From Utricularia gibba (taxonomy: Eukaryota; Plantae; Magnoliophyta): a stretch of DNA of 64,000 nucleotides. Numbering within the stretch: the first letter of the stretch is position 1; each line of letters begins with the position of its first letter. Made by a program: the position numbers and the translations under genes. The stretch lies in the NCBI GenBank assembly GCA_002189035.1, contig NEEC01000019.1, positions 806,001 through 870,000 on the forward strand. The letters run 5' to 3'. Of this stretch, positions 37,601 to 50,636 are shown piece by piece. The notes beneath the pieces were generated by a model, which had not been told where the DNA came from, did not search any database, and was given only the letters and a program-made list of their open reading frames with translations.

Positions 37601-39833
37601 GTGTATGACTCTTGCAATATAACATTGGTGGATTCGTCAACTGTTAAAGATGGAATTCATTCTACGCGGTAAAAAGTTGAATCACATAAGCTGTGATTGC
37701 ATATTGGTGTCACTTTAATAAATCACTCAGAAAGCAATAACAGGCTAGAGAACCTAATTAATTGCAAAATAAAAGCAAAAAAAAAAAATCACTGAAAAAC
37801 AAAAATGTCGATGCATCAGGAGCTCCTACACCATGATGCCATGATACTTGCATCAATGCATAGGTGCAACAAAGTAAACTTATTCATAACCAGATAAATG
37901 AGTTATGCGTGTGTACTTTTCATGAAGAGGCAATTCCCGTCCATGTTTGTGTCCACCCAACCTTTCCCTGCAGGTTCCATGTGAAATAATGTTAGCCATT
38001 TATTGCTGAATGCGGATTCTCAGCATTACAGTCTTACCTTTCTGAGTGTACTATGGAAGGGCTAGCATGTAAAATAGCACTGAGGATACCAAGAATAGTT
38101 TGAGTTTTCCCTGTACCTGGAGGGCCCTAAAATCAAGGAATACACGAGGAGCAATGTGGGTTATAAACATTGTTAAAACCAAGGTGCTTCGCCTTATGGA
38201 AACAGAAGCTGTCGCACTTGCCATACATTCATAATGGGAAATATATTGAAAAAAAAACACTTTATCTTGCAATCTAAGCACATCATAGTAACTATAACAT
38301 TTATTCAGAAACAAGGGAACCGAGAACATCAAAGTTACCTGTATCAACACAAAAGATTTATGTGAAAGACCATCCTGTGAAATTTCATATTCATTAGTAT
38401 ATATTCATTTAGCAGAATCAATTTGTAAAGGCACTTAAGAGATGGAGAACTTGACAGAATACAACAGGGATTTAATAGCTTTAAGGGCTCACGTATATAG
38501 CCTTCATCTGGGATTCATTTTGATTGCTTTTCAAAAACTCTTCAAGAGGTCTGGACAATGTCCATGCAGAATCTCTAATAACATTATCATTGACGCTCGC
38601 TTTTAGTATCAGATCCCTGAATGGAAGAAACCTAATGGAATGCATCGCAACATATTCACGGATAATAGTTGATAAGCTGCATATCTGGAATAATGTATAA
38701 GGTCACTGACTCAAATCTCATAGTTTCCAGTAAAACATAAAAAAATTAAAACAATGACAAAAGACCTTGAAAATTTTAAAAAATTCACCTTCAGAGCATG
38801 CAAAATCTTCTCCACTTCATTAACAACAGGGCGCATATTATGTAGCCTATTGCAAGGCCTAACATCATCAACATTGAAATTCCGTATCTCTCCACTCAAA
38901 TATAGCCTAAGCTTTATCTCACCTCTCTGGCGATGATCAACTAGCGCAAAGGCATATGTAGTAGGTAAAGCCCTACCCTCACCAAACTGCAAAATTTATT
39001 AAACACAAGTTTCAGGTAGCTGCATACAGAAAAGCACTTGAATGAAGAGAGCGCATCACTAGAAACAGTGATGGGCAATATTTTGGAAACATTCTATCAT
39101 CTGACTGTGTCAAAGTCTGTACCTTTGTGATCGAAAGAAGTACCAGATCATTCTGGACAAATTTTTCTGGGTCCGAAAATATGACCGAAGGTGAATTAAA
39201 TCCATTGATTTCACCACACCCCGTTATAAGTGCTGATTGCCACTCACTCTCTAGAAGTAAGGAAAACAAGGATAACTAGAACATGTGATATTATAATGAC
39301 AGCATGAACCAAGAGAACAATCCATTTCTTTTTTGTTAGGAAAAAAACCAATTAGGCAACTAGAATCCATAAGATGAACAGAAAAATATAGCCTTGCTCC
39401 TGGTTAAAAGATTCATCATGCATACATCGAACACACAAGCAGTAAAATTCAGTCAGAAATTCTCAATGTGACAAGACCGTAAAAAACCTTCTTCCTCATC
39501 TTTCGTCTGCGCAATCTGCGCTTTCACTTCTTCAAAAAGCAATGGCTCGAACGTACTTAGATATTCGTCGGCATCACTATACGTTTTCTTCACTTTCGTT
39601 AACCTCAAAACATCATCACCTTCATCTCTTTTATCATATTTCCTCTTCAAAAAAAAAAAAAAAATCAACTCATGTAAGACTCGGAATCGATACATGTCCG
39701 AACTAAAAAAATAAGTTTTTTTTTTACGTACATCAGCCTCTTTGAGAATTCGAATGTAATCCCAGCTGAGAACTATACTGCAGAACCGATTTATGCATGC
39801 TTCCTCTTGAAGCCTATGTTTCTCTGCCGCCAT
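34656..39833 (-). CDS. MAA3: MAGATAMA3-like SEN1/UPF1-family helicase (multi-exon)
   Basis: [126 protein letters not shown], and an acidic G/D-rich tail. Confidence 0.9.
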
Positions 39834-40362
39834 CTGTATTTGGTGCTATTAACTTGCAGTGATGGGAGAGGGAGTCAGGTTTACGGGGTTACGCCACTTC
39901 CTATGAACCCAAAAAAAAAAAAAAGCTGTGGGCTTTCAAAGGCATTGAACGCTACTTCCAAGATCCTCATATGGTAGGAAATAATCTCCCGGCGGTTGAT
40001 GACTGCCGTGGGCCTCCGCCGCCGGTGAGAAGACAATATGCAATTAAATTGGAGGTTAAATATAGGCCTTATTCCAAAATTAGGTCTAATTTCCAATTAG
40101 TGATCATGTGTCAGATATTATATGAAAAAAATGATTATTTATAATTTAAAAATTTTAATTTAATATGTAAAAAAGAATGGATAAGTGACCATTTTTGTAA
40201 ATACCACTAATACAAAGTCGAGGAAATCAACCAGAAAAAGGAGCTTAACACAAGCTCCATATGAAAGTTAGGTAACAAACATGACAAGGCAGAGTACAAC
40301 AGAGCAACAAAGCAGTAGACCAAGTACGCTCCATTTGCAGTGCAAAGGCAACAACGCGAAAC

Positions 40363-42961
40363 CTACTGCAGTTCCTTCTTCTCCTCCGGTTGATCTGCTT
40401 CGCTGTTTTCTTCTACTTTGATCGGCTCCTTTCTCATGTTGTCGTCCATTCCCAGTACATCGTCCATCATATCATCCTCGGCGGCATTTATATCCTCCAC
40501 ATCATCCTCGTCTTCGTTGCTCTGATTGGGGATTTTTCTTGTTTTTGGTCCATGTTCGAGCTGGTGAGTCTCCAGTTCCTTGTCCATTGTCTCCTGCAAA
40601 TTGGCGACAGTGTTGTTGTTTGGCCACCTCCCTTTTCGCCCGTTTTGCCACTTTTCGTGCTCCTTGTCTGCATTGTTAATGTACTGCTCGCTGATATGGC
40701 TCTGATACTGTGTTAGTTCCTCCCTTCTAGCAGCTTTCCATTCTTCAAATATCTGAAAGTAAATACCAGGAATAGATGGATATCATGGACAAGGAAGCGT
40801 GAAATAACTCTTGGGTGTTGTGCAAAATGCATGAAAGACAAATGAGTCATTTTTACTTGTATTTGTTAGAATATGCAGCTACAGTCTGGACTCCCATAGA
40901 AAGAGCAAATCTAGACGCTCACATAGACAGACATCGTAATGAATAGTCAATGCATACGCAACTCACCTTGTCTTTCTCCTGATTAGACAAGGTAGGTTCT
41001 TGATCCAGGGGTTTTGCAAACATGTAATAAATTGGCGGCTCTGCTTGGGTCCTAGAAGAATATGGGCAAGACAAAAATAAAGAACTGTCACAGGCACAAC
41101 AGAGTAGATTAACATTCTCAACCTAGAGACAAAGCATGCATTGTCTTATAAGCAGCTTCCAAGTTCTGCACATAAGTGAACACTTATCTTGAGGTCAATA
41201 AAATTGCGTTGGACCAAAAATAGAAATAACCTGCACAAGTTTTACAGCATGACAAAAGAAATTAGTTATTGGTACAAGTAAATCTGAACACACATTGCCT
41301 CAATGAAAAATGTACCTTATGAAATTTCCCAGTTTTCTGTGGTGCTCACTCCAACGAAGAAACAGCAGATCCAACTTCTTTTCCTCAGCCTTGGCTGCGA
41401 TTCGTGCTCTAAGGACCTAACCCACACACGCGCAAAAGAAAAACCAGATTTCACCGGCTGAAATTTTTGATTGTACAAAAATATAATTGGATAATTAAAA
41501 GATTCACAGACCAAGTCTCTCTTCCGCTTCTCTGCAATCTGTTCACGCTGTTGCTGCCTTAGCTTTTCACTTTCCTCCCGAGCACGCTGTTCAGCCTACA
41601 CGTGGAAAACGAGTTACAGAATCAATTACAACCAAGAATGAGCTATAGGAGGAATGCAAGGTCATTAAAATAATTTTATGTTTAAATCCATACTGCAAAT
41701 CAAGTCTCAGAATACGGAAGTCAAACTATAAGAGGTATAGCTCACCCTTTTCAAAGAATCTGATCTCTTCATGTACGCCTCTGTGTTGGCCAGCTGCATG
41801 TCTTCCTTCCTAAATTTCTGAAAACGAATTTCAAAAGTAAAATATCACCCCGAAAGCAACCAATCACTCTGTTCCATTTACGAAGACTTGTTTTTGATAA
41901 AGATGTTAATAAGATGGAGCAAATAGTTAAATTCATATTCCATAAAAAACAGCAAGCGAGTACCTCCAACGTTCCAAGAAGTTGCCCCAGCATCCTCTTA
42001 TTTCTGTTAACCAATCTAGGGTCTTCATCCTTGGGAAACACCCTAGGCAGAGGTTCCACCGGAGGAGCATCAAAATCCTAAGAAGGAGAAGCACAACCCA
42101 TTTAAAAAAAAGAGCTCAGCTGTATTGCTCGCTGCAATTAACAACGCCTGAATTAGGCATGAAGATGCATTACCATTTTAGATGACCTTTGTTGACCATC
42201 CCTCCTGGGCCAGCTGGATAGTTTTTCAGCATCACCGACCTCTCCGACAGCACCCTCTGCTGTTTCCCCAATAACCTTGTCATGCACATCAGCTACAGTT
42301 TCACTTGCACCATCCGCTATTCCGCCATCTTCAACCTTCAGTCCACGATGGAAAGGAGAAATAATTATTTTTTAAAAGATTCCCATTATCAAGCTCAAGT
42401 ACCTAAGTGCTTTCATGCATGAATACGAAATGACAAGCAAATCAGGGTTAAAAAATCCAAAGATTCATGTATTGAAAAGTGTATGGAAACCCCCCTTACC
42501 TTGACGACGGCTGAAGAAAGTCGCCTCTTTGCTGGTGGCTGGTCTTCTGCATCGTTTCTCTCCGCCTGTATATTGAAATCAACTCATTTAGGCACATCAA
42601 GAGCATAAAAGAAAATTCCCTTGTTCTTGCAATGTCATTATATGAGATCTCAGGTATGGAAGTTTACAGGCCGAATGAAACCCCGGCCGCGGCCACCACT
42701 GGCGGCGAAGTTGCGAGGTCCACCTCTCCCAAGGCCACCCCGGCGAATGCCACGCGGATCACGGAGTCGAACAGTAATCTACGGAACATCCCAATACACA
42801 GAGATCAACATGAAAACACGAAGAAGCAGTAAATTCAACAACAAAGAGGGATATCACCAGAGAGACAATTTAAAATTCACCTCTCGCTGCTGGCGATAGA
42901 GCTCATCGATCTCTTTCCGAAGCTCTTCTTCCGTCTTCTCCGCAACCATCGTACTTCCCAT
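40363..42961 (-). CDS. PNN: Pinin/SDK/memA family protein
   Basis: MGSTMVAEKTEEELRKEIDELYRQQRE|ITVRLRDPRGIRRGG, EPLPRVFPKDEDPRLVNRNKRMLGQLLGTLE, and WKAARREEL...LQETMDKELETH...EDEDDVEDI tail match plant pinin. Confidence 0.88.
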
Positions 42962-43684
42962 ACTGCGTGCGCCCTAACGAGGAAGACGGTGCAAAACCCT
43001 TGAAACTGCGTGCACTAACAAATGGGCTTCGCTTCTCCGGGCCCCCAAGATTGGGATACTATTAATAATTTTCCTTTTCCTAAAATAACAGAAAAATAAA
43101 TATAGTTTTAAAATTCTTACGAACTTAAAAGATATAAAAAAATATTACATTCAATTATATAATTCATGAATTCATACACAAATATAGATAGATATTAGAA
43201 AATCAAATCCATATTTTAATCCACATATGAAATTAGATATATTCAAAAAAACTATATCAAATATCCTAAAATTCAAAACGAGATCTGATTATTCAAATAT
43301 TAGAGATTTATTCTGTAATTTGAAATTTTACTTCAAATTATATAGGATAGAATTAGTTTTAAAATTATAAAACTGTTTTGTGATATAATATAAAATTATA
43401 TTATAAAATTTAATAAAGAATACTTTTAATGTTATGATATAAATATATTTTAAAATAATAAAAATGAATATTATGATTTTGCTAATTAATATCTTATTTA
43501 ATTACTAAATATCCAATAAATTAATAATTTTGAAGTTAATTACACAATATGTGATTTTATTATAAAATGATTAAAAATTAAACAGAACCAATTTAAAAAA
43601 TTATGAAAATAGAAAAGGTATTAATTTTTTGTAATAATTTAAATACTATAGAAAACAAGGCCTACAGTTCCAGGCCGAGAAACA

Positions 43685-43795
43685 TCGGCCCAAATGAAAA
43701 AAGGAAATTCAGCCCAAAGTCGGATGGATCAAAGACCGCCATCGGCCATTTAGTGGCTTCGCACGAAAAGCATTCCTCGATGGTTTAGGGTTTAG
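43685..43795 (+). promoter_or_regulatory. Site II elements plus telo-box in the NOL10 proximal promoter
   Basis: GGCCCA at 43687, AGCCCA at 43711 and TAGGGTTT at 43786-43793. This site II/telo-box pairing is typical of ribosome-biogenesis genes. Confidence 0.6.
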
Positions 43796-44026
43796 CCCTT
43801 AAAATAAAAAAATAGAAAAGGGAGTTACGTTTCTACAATCGGTTGTCATCATCCAGCGCGGGGGACGCCGGAGGCAGCTAGAGCCTCAAGCCACTGAACG
43901 ACGTAGAAGGGAGCGTTGACATTTAGCACTCAAGCTTGGCGTGTCATTGCGGATTAGGGAGTTAGTGCGGCTATCTTCACTCAGTTGGAGATTGTACTGG
44001 GGACCTCCCGGTGATCGTGCGCGGAG

Positions 44027-47000
44027 ATGGCGTATCAAGGAGGTGGCAACCTGAAGTGTAGCTCCATAAATGGGGTGAAGATGTATACGATAACTGATCA
44101 AAACCGCTCCGTGGCTACTTGGGTGGCTCCTAAGAAGCTGAGAGCCCTGCGCAAAAATCCAGGTTTGAAGTAAGATAATAAAGTTTAACTTTTTTATGTG
44201 GGCTTCGTTTTACTGTTTAGGTTTTATCAGCTGGAGAAGCATTAACGAAATGTTGGCTGTTGAATTTGCCATCCATTGTCTGTGTGTTATTTTATGGCAG
44301 AATTTTGCTGTTATTTTTATGAATCGGTGGTGGGGAGCTATTCTCTTGTTCTAGGAAGCTTTGATATGAACTTTGATGCTTCTTTCGTGATATAGGATTT
44401 CAATTTAGAGTATAGGCTGTTTTGGTGAAGTTTTGTTGTTAATGTCTTCAGATTATCAAAGGAGAGTGGATTTGATACAAGATTTGAGATTTGAAACCGC
44501 AACTACCAGGATCAAGATTACCCGTGATGGGGAATACCTTATAGCTTCAGGTGTCTATTTATGTTAGCAAAAACAAAGCGATGTTAATTGCTTGATTACA
44601 TTAGCTCTTGAATCGTTTATCAGGAATTTACCCGCCCCAATTCAAGGTTTTTGAGCTGAGGCAGCTTTCGCTGAAGTTTGAAAGACATCTAATTTCAGAA
44701 ATTGTTGATTTTGAGGTAGTGCCTCTTTGCATCTTATAATACGTTGATGAAGCACGGAATACTGTATCAATGCTTCTTCCTTGCGTCTCTTTCTGACCAT
44801 ATTCACGCATGAAACATCATAATTTTAGGTGCTAGATGAAGACTATGCGAAGATTGCTTTTCTTTGTGCTGATCGTTCCGTGTGTTTTCATGCCAAGTAT
44901 GGTAGCCACTACAGTTTGAGGATACCGAGGTGTGTACGTGTTTTCTGTCTTATTGCTTTTTCAAAGGAGCCCTTTTGACAAAAGGATGGATTCCTTTATA
45001 TTGGGGAACGAATTATGAGGGTTTTTTTTTTGAAGTTGCGATAATTTAAAGAATACATATGCTGATACGTAAGATACATCCTAAAAAATATATGAATTTT
45101 TGTTACTTTTATCAAGAGTAACTGACGGCTTTGGATTGTTCTTTTTTAGTAATAATTTCTTGATTTATTTTATCCTTGGAAATAGATTTATCAATTTTTT
45201 TGTTGCTTCAAGACAAAGTTCTTTAATCATTTTACCAATAGAAATGATAGGTAAACAAATATTAACGATACATAAAAACAATATGCGTGTAGGTTATTTC
45301 AAAAAAATTTTTAAAAGAAATATATAATTTATCGACTAATTGTCTATTTTTTTCTTTGTATTATTTTTTTTTTTGGAATTTTTCACTTCTAATAATATTA
45401 TTTATTTTTGGAGCTACTTTAGTTTTAAAGAGGTTTTTAAGGTACGATTTAGATGCAAAGTAGCTTGTTTTGGGGCTGAAAAGTGTTTTCCTTAGTTGCT
45501 TCGTTTTTTGTAATGACTGCTTTCTGTTAACAGGATGGGAAGAGATATTGCTTATGACTGTTGGTCATGTGATGTTATATGTGCTGCCTCCTCACCAGAC
45601 CTGTATAGGATAAACTTGGAACAGGGACGCTTCCTGTCCCCTGTCACCACTAAATCTCCTGCGGTGAATGTAGTTTCCAGAAGGTTGGTTAAATTTCTAG
45701 TTGTGGGGCTTGTCTGATTGATTTCTACCCAGACTATCTTTGGGGTCTCACCTGTTCATTTATCCAATACTAAAACTGCACAAATTCCAAGGATATATAG
45801 CTAGTTTAATCTGGTTGATTTCCTGTTTGTAAATTTACAAGCACTTAAGCTCATGGATGGATATTTTTTGAAATTTAGCAAAGTCCATGGCCTGATTGCC
45901 AGTGGTGGTGAGGATGGGGCGTTGGAATGCTTTGATATGAGGATGAAGTCTTCTATTGGTCATATAGACCCAGTTGCAGCTGCTGGTGATAGAGATGGGG
46001 TAATCATCAGTTATTGCCTTTGTTCCCTCCTGTTATTGGTTTCCAGTTCCCCTTTCAGCGTCCAGTCATGCTGAAGAAGTTGAAAAGCTCGTATTATAGA
46101 ATTTTGTGTCCTTATCTAGGAGATAACGGCAGTAGAGTTTGATGAGGATGATGGTGCACATATGGCTGTTGGTACCAGCGGTGGGAAAGTAAGATATTAT
46201 TGAGCTTATCACACAGTGGTGCTGTTTCTTTTTTTCAATCATTCAGATCTTATTTCATCATAGATGGGTGGATGATGAAGATGCAGATTTATCATCTTAA
46301 TTGTTTCATATCAAAAAAATCTTGCCTTCATTATTAGTATCTTTTTCTTCCTACATATGATTTTGTTATTTTTCTAACTTTGCAGGTCTTAATCTATGAT
46401 TTACGCTCTTCTATTCCAATGAAAATAAAAGACCACATGTGAGTCTTTTCTTTCTCACAGCCAGGGCATTAAAACAGCATACTTCACACCTTCGGGTGGT
46501 ATTAATTATAAGGAACATTTTTAGACTCTATTTCTCGGTTATTCTGACACCCTTATTTATGTTTGTATTATATTTTAGGTATGGAAGTCCAATAGTAAAT
46601 ATTAAGTGGCATAAAACCCTGAACTCAGAGCAGTCTAAGTTAATTACTGCTGACAAGCACATAGTCAGGATATGGGACGCCAATACGGTATGTAGCTTCA
46701 TTGTCAGTTTTTCGCGGTTGTTTTTTTTTTTCGTTACTTCATTGGAAGTATACAGAGTTCGCTTTGTATCTTAAAATGATCGGATGAATATTTCTTGGTA
46801 GAGAGTTGAAACGATTAGTTTAATTCTTCTAATATCAGGGAGAAGGTATGACTAGCATCGAACCTAGTGGTGGAAAGATAAATGATATGTGCGTCTTCAA
46901 AGACAGCGGGCTGATTTTGCTGGCCTTGGACTCAAGTCAGATACCTTCATATTTCATACCATCTCTTGGACCAGCTCCCAAGTGGTGTTCGTATTTAGAA

Positions 47001-48423
47001 AGCATTACGGTAGGTTTCTTTCAGTGCCATCATTATCATCTAGAAGCATATTTTCATTTGTATACAACTGCAGGAAGAGCTCGAGGAAGATGGACAGGCA
47101 ACTATATACGATAATTATAAATTCTTGACCAGAGAAGATCTTGATAAATTGCAGTTGACCAATTTGATTGGGACTAATCTTCTGAGGGCATATATGCATG
47201 GTTTCTTCATTGATTACAAGCTTTATAAAAAGGTAAGGACAAGGCCCTCTCACGTGAATTGCTTGTTATTGTAACGTGTTTTTTTACCTAGGAATCCTGT
47301 CCTGAAACTAACCAAATTGAGGTTTTGGTCCTTATCACAGGCGCAAAGTATTGCTAATCCTTTTGCTTACGAGACCTACATCGAGAAGAGACGCCAGGAG
47401 AAACTTGAAGCCATGCGTGCATCAAGAATTACGGTTAGAATATTGTTGTTAAGTACTATGGATCCATTTCTCTGTTGTGTTGCACTACTTTAGAAGGTGA
47501 GGTTTTTCTTTTTCTGGGCTGTTGCAGATCAAGAAAAGGCTGCCTAAGGTGAATCGCACACTGGCTGCTCGTATTCTGGAAGAGGAGGAAGATCAGAAAA
47601 ACAGGAATGCCAATGATGGTGCTGATTCAGAGAAAACATTGGATACAAAGAAAAAGTCCAAAAAAGAGAAACGCCTGGGCAGTGAAGTTCTCAAGGATGA
47701 GAGGTTTGCTGCAATGTTTGAAAACAAGGTAATCGATTTCGACTTGCGCCTTCTCCACGCCTTTTCATCACTGTCATCGACAATTTGGCCTCTTTTTCAG
47801 GACTTTGAGGTGGACGAGTTCTCGCAAGAGTATCTGGCCCTGCACCCCATGGCATCAACAACGAAAAAACCAACTTTACTGGACGAGCATTTTGAAACCA
47901 TTGCAGAAGATGATGAACAAGGCATTAGTGGTTCCGATGCATCTTCAGGAGATGAGCAGCAAGATACGGATGGCAAACTTAAGAAGCGAATGCAAGCTCC
48001 AAGGTGAGTTCTTTGGAGCGCTCGCCCATCCCTCCATCAGGAGCCTCTAGTTTTAACCGCCTCACTTTTGACTGCAGGTTTTACGAAGTGAAAGACAATC
48101 GCCATGCTGAAGCCTTCTTCAACAGCGAGTCCCTCACTCATGAAGACTCTCTTCCCTTGGGAGAAAGGGCTGCTGCTGCTGCTGCTCGGGGAAGACCATC
48201 ACAGAGAGCAACATCAAAGGACACGGTAAAACACGGCCGCGGTGGTTCTCGAGAGATATCCTTCAACCCAAGAAGCAAAGCCGGAGCCAAGGAGTACGAT
48301 GACCAGGAGGAAGCTCGCATCGGAAAGAAACGAAGGGGCGTTGAATCATTGAAACTACCAAGTCTCCGAGGCCGAGGCCGGGGTGGATTTCATGGGAAGA
48401 GACGTGGAAGAGGAGGAAGGTAA
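44027..48423 (+). CDS. NOL10: Nucleolar protein 10 / Enp2 (WD40 + NUC153; SSU processome)
   Basis: MAYQGGGNLKCSSINGVKMYT, RRVDLIQDLRFETATT, GIYPPQFKVFELRQLSLKFERH, RIPRMGRD, YFIPSLGPAPKWCSYLESITEELEE, LLRAYMHGFFID, KDERFAAMFENKDFEVDE. All exon phases checked were consistent. Confidence 0.93.
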
Positions 48424-50375
48424 CCAACCAGAGTAAAAACTGCTACTTGTAGTCATCAGTTTTCCAACACAAACTACCCAAATGAAGTGATGATTTCTTC
48501 TAAATGCCCATCCTCCCGATCACTTTCTTCCACTAAGGTTACACATACCTCAATGGTACCTCCTGAGGTTCCACTTCAGACTCCATCTGTAGCCTCATTC
48601 ATTCTCACCACTTGGATGTTCCTATACATTTGGGTGCTTCCTTGGGTGGGTGGTGGTGGTGTTTCCTTTCTGTTGATTGAAAAAGAACAAGAACACACAT
48701 AATCAAGAAACTATAAATTCGGTAATCTGATATCTTAAAGGGTATTTGTAACCATTCGGTTGATCAATTTTATTATAAAAGAAGAGATCTTTGTACAGAA
48801 CAAAAACAACCTGATAGTATATAACCAAGATCAATTGATATCTAACCGTATTCCTAGTCTTAAGTAACACTAGGAAATTGATTTTGGTCATCCAAGATAA
48901 AGCAATAATTAATAAATTAAGCTTACTCTATCACTACATTAATTATTGAAATAATCCAACACATCCACTTTGGCAGATCTTACTGATGGGTTCCAAACCT
49001 TTGGTCTGCAAGATTGGCAGCTCAACGGCCCACCCCTGTCCTTCAGTAAAATTACGCTGCCTCGGCGTACTTCCTTCAGCATTATTGAACGGTGGGCTCT
49101 CTACCCACAACGATAATTGATCTCTCCCACTCGCTGCAACAACTACCTCAGCCGGCAAGGAGCCAGCGCACCCCGTAGCGAACCCGCTGCTGGATTGTGG
49201 CTCCTGTGTAGCCACGCCACGCTAATCGCCATCGAATTGAATATCACGATCAAGAAACCCTAGGCTCCAATGGATCTTTCTTTTTTAGTATTATTTTTTC
49301 AAAAACGTATGTCTAGCAATGAACCGAGTGTCTGCGTGGCACCAGATTATAACTCTCTCACTGCTTTTTATTTTTATTTCAAATAATAATCCATAATGCA
49401 GTGTAACTATTTGTAGGTTTAGTATTTAGAATTTAGAATTTATATTCATTATTGGGATAAAACGGACGTGTCAGATATATTTAATTTTTTTAATACCCAT
49501 AATCAAATACTGATTTTTACCCCAAATTTCATTTTTTACCGTGGTCTCAACCCTCGTCATGTACATCACCCATTATCATTTAGAAAAATGATTAATGTTA
49601 CATTCTCTCACAATTTTTCATTTAAGCAAAAATCTTTAATTAAGAATGATCAATTTTATCATATACTAAAATAGTATGAGTAGATAATGTTCGGATCATA
49701 AATCGATCAATTTTTGTTGCTTAAACTCAATGCATCTTCTTGTTTTTTTTAACCGAAACTCATATCAATACAAAAATCATCTTAACTATTCAAATCGTGC
49801 CACAAGTTAAATACTCTAATACCATATAAAAATTAAGAATCCGATGAGTATACATGATACTCAAGTACACAAAAAATATAAATTATATTTAAAAAAATTA
49901 GATGTGATCGATTAATAGTAATCTGTAATTTTTTTTACATATTTAATTATTTTACTTTTATTTTTTAATGTGATATTGTATGTTCTAATAATTATGTCGT
50001 CGTCCTATGCCACCCTGCACATGATCGTGACAGGCGGCACCGCGATGATCCGACCATGAAATTTAGGATAAGAATTAGGAATTAATTATATGGACCAAAT
50101 TGTCATTTTAAAAAAATCGTGGAGAATATTTTATCAAATTTATTATAAAATAATAAGAACGAATTTTTAAAAATCATTTATGCTATATTTTAAAATAGTG
50201 GAAATCGATTTTATTTTTCTGTGAAAAAACATTATTATCTTTGGAAATCTATCATATTATTTTATTAAATAGAAAGGGCTACTGATGTAAATATATGCAA
50301 TCTATTACAGGAGGGCATGCCCGTACTTGTCCCTATAACTGGCGTTAACGTCTTTATAACTTGTAACGCAGAAGC

Positions 50376-50636
50376 ATGCTACGGACCACCGGACACAGGA
50401 GCACCACCGCCGTTCCCTGGGAGCCGCCGCACATGCCCGGAGACATCAGCCTCCGCTTGGCGGCGTTCCTGATGGCCTCCTTCACGCTTTCGCTCCTCTT
50501 CCTGCCGCTGCTCCTCCCCGAACTCCCGCCGCCGCCGCCGTTACTCCTCCTCCTGGTCCCCGTCGCTATCATGGCGGTGCTCCTTTATCTCGCCTTCGCG
50601 CCGCCGCACCTGACGAATGTCGTTGATAAGGTCTGA
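50376..50636 (+). CDS. ARGOS: ARGOS/ARL/OSR-family small membrane protein (86 aa, intronless)
   Basis: OSR domain: TM1 FTLSLLFLPLLLP, Pro-rich ELPPPPP, TM2 LLLLVPVAIMAVLLYLAF. Confidence 0.85.
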   Translation: MLRTTGHRSTTAVPWEPPHMPGDISLRLAAFLMASFTLSLLFLPLLLPELPPPPPLLLLLVPVAIMAVLLYLAFAPPHLTNVVDKV

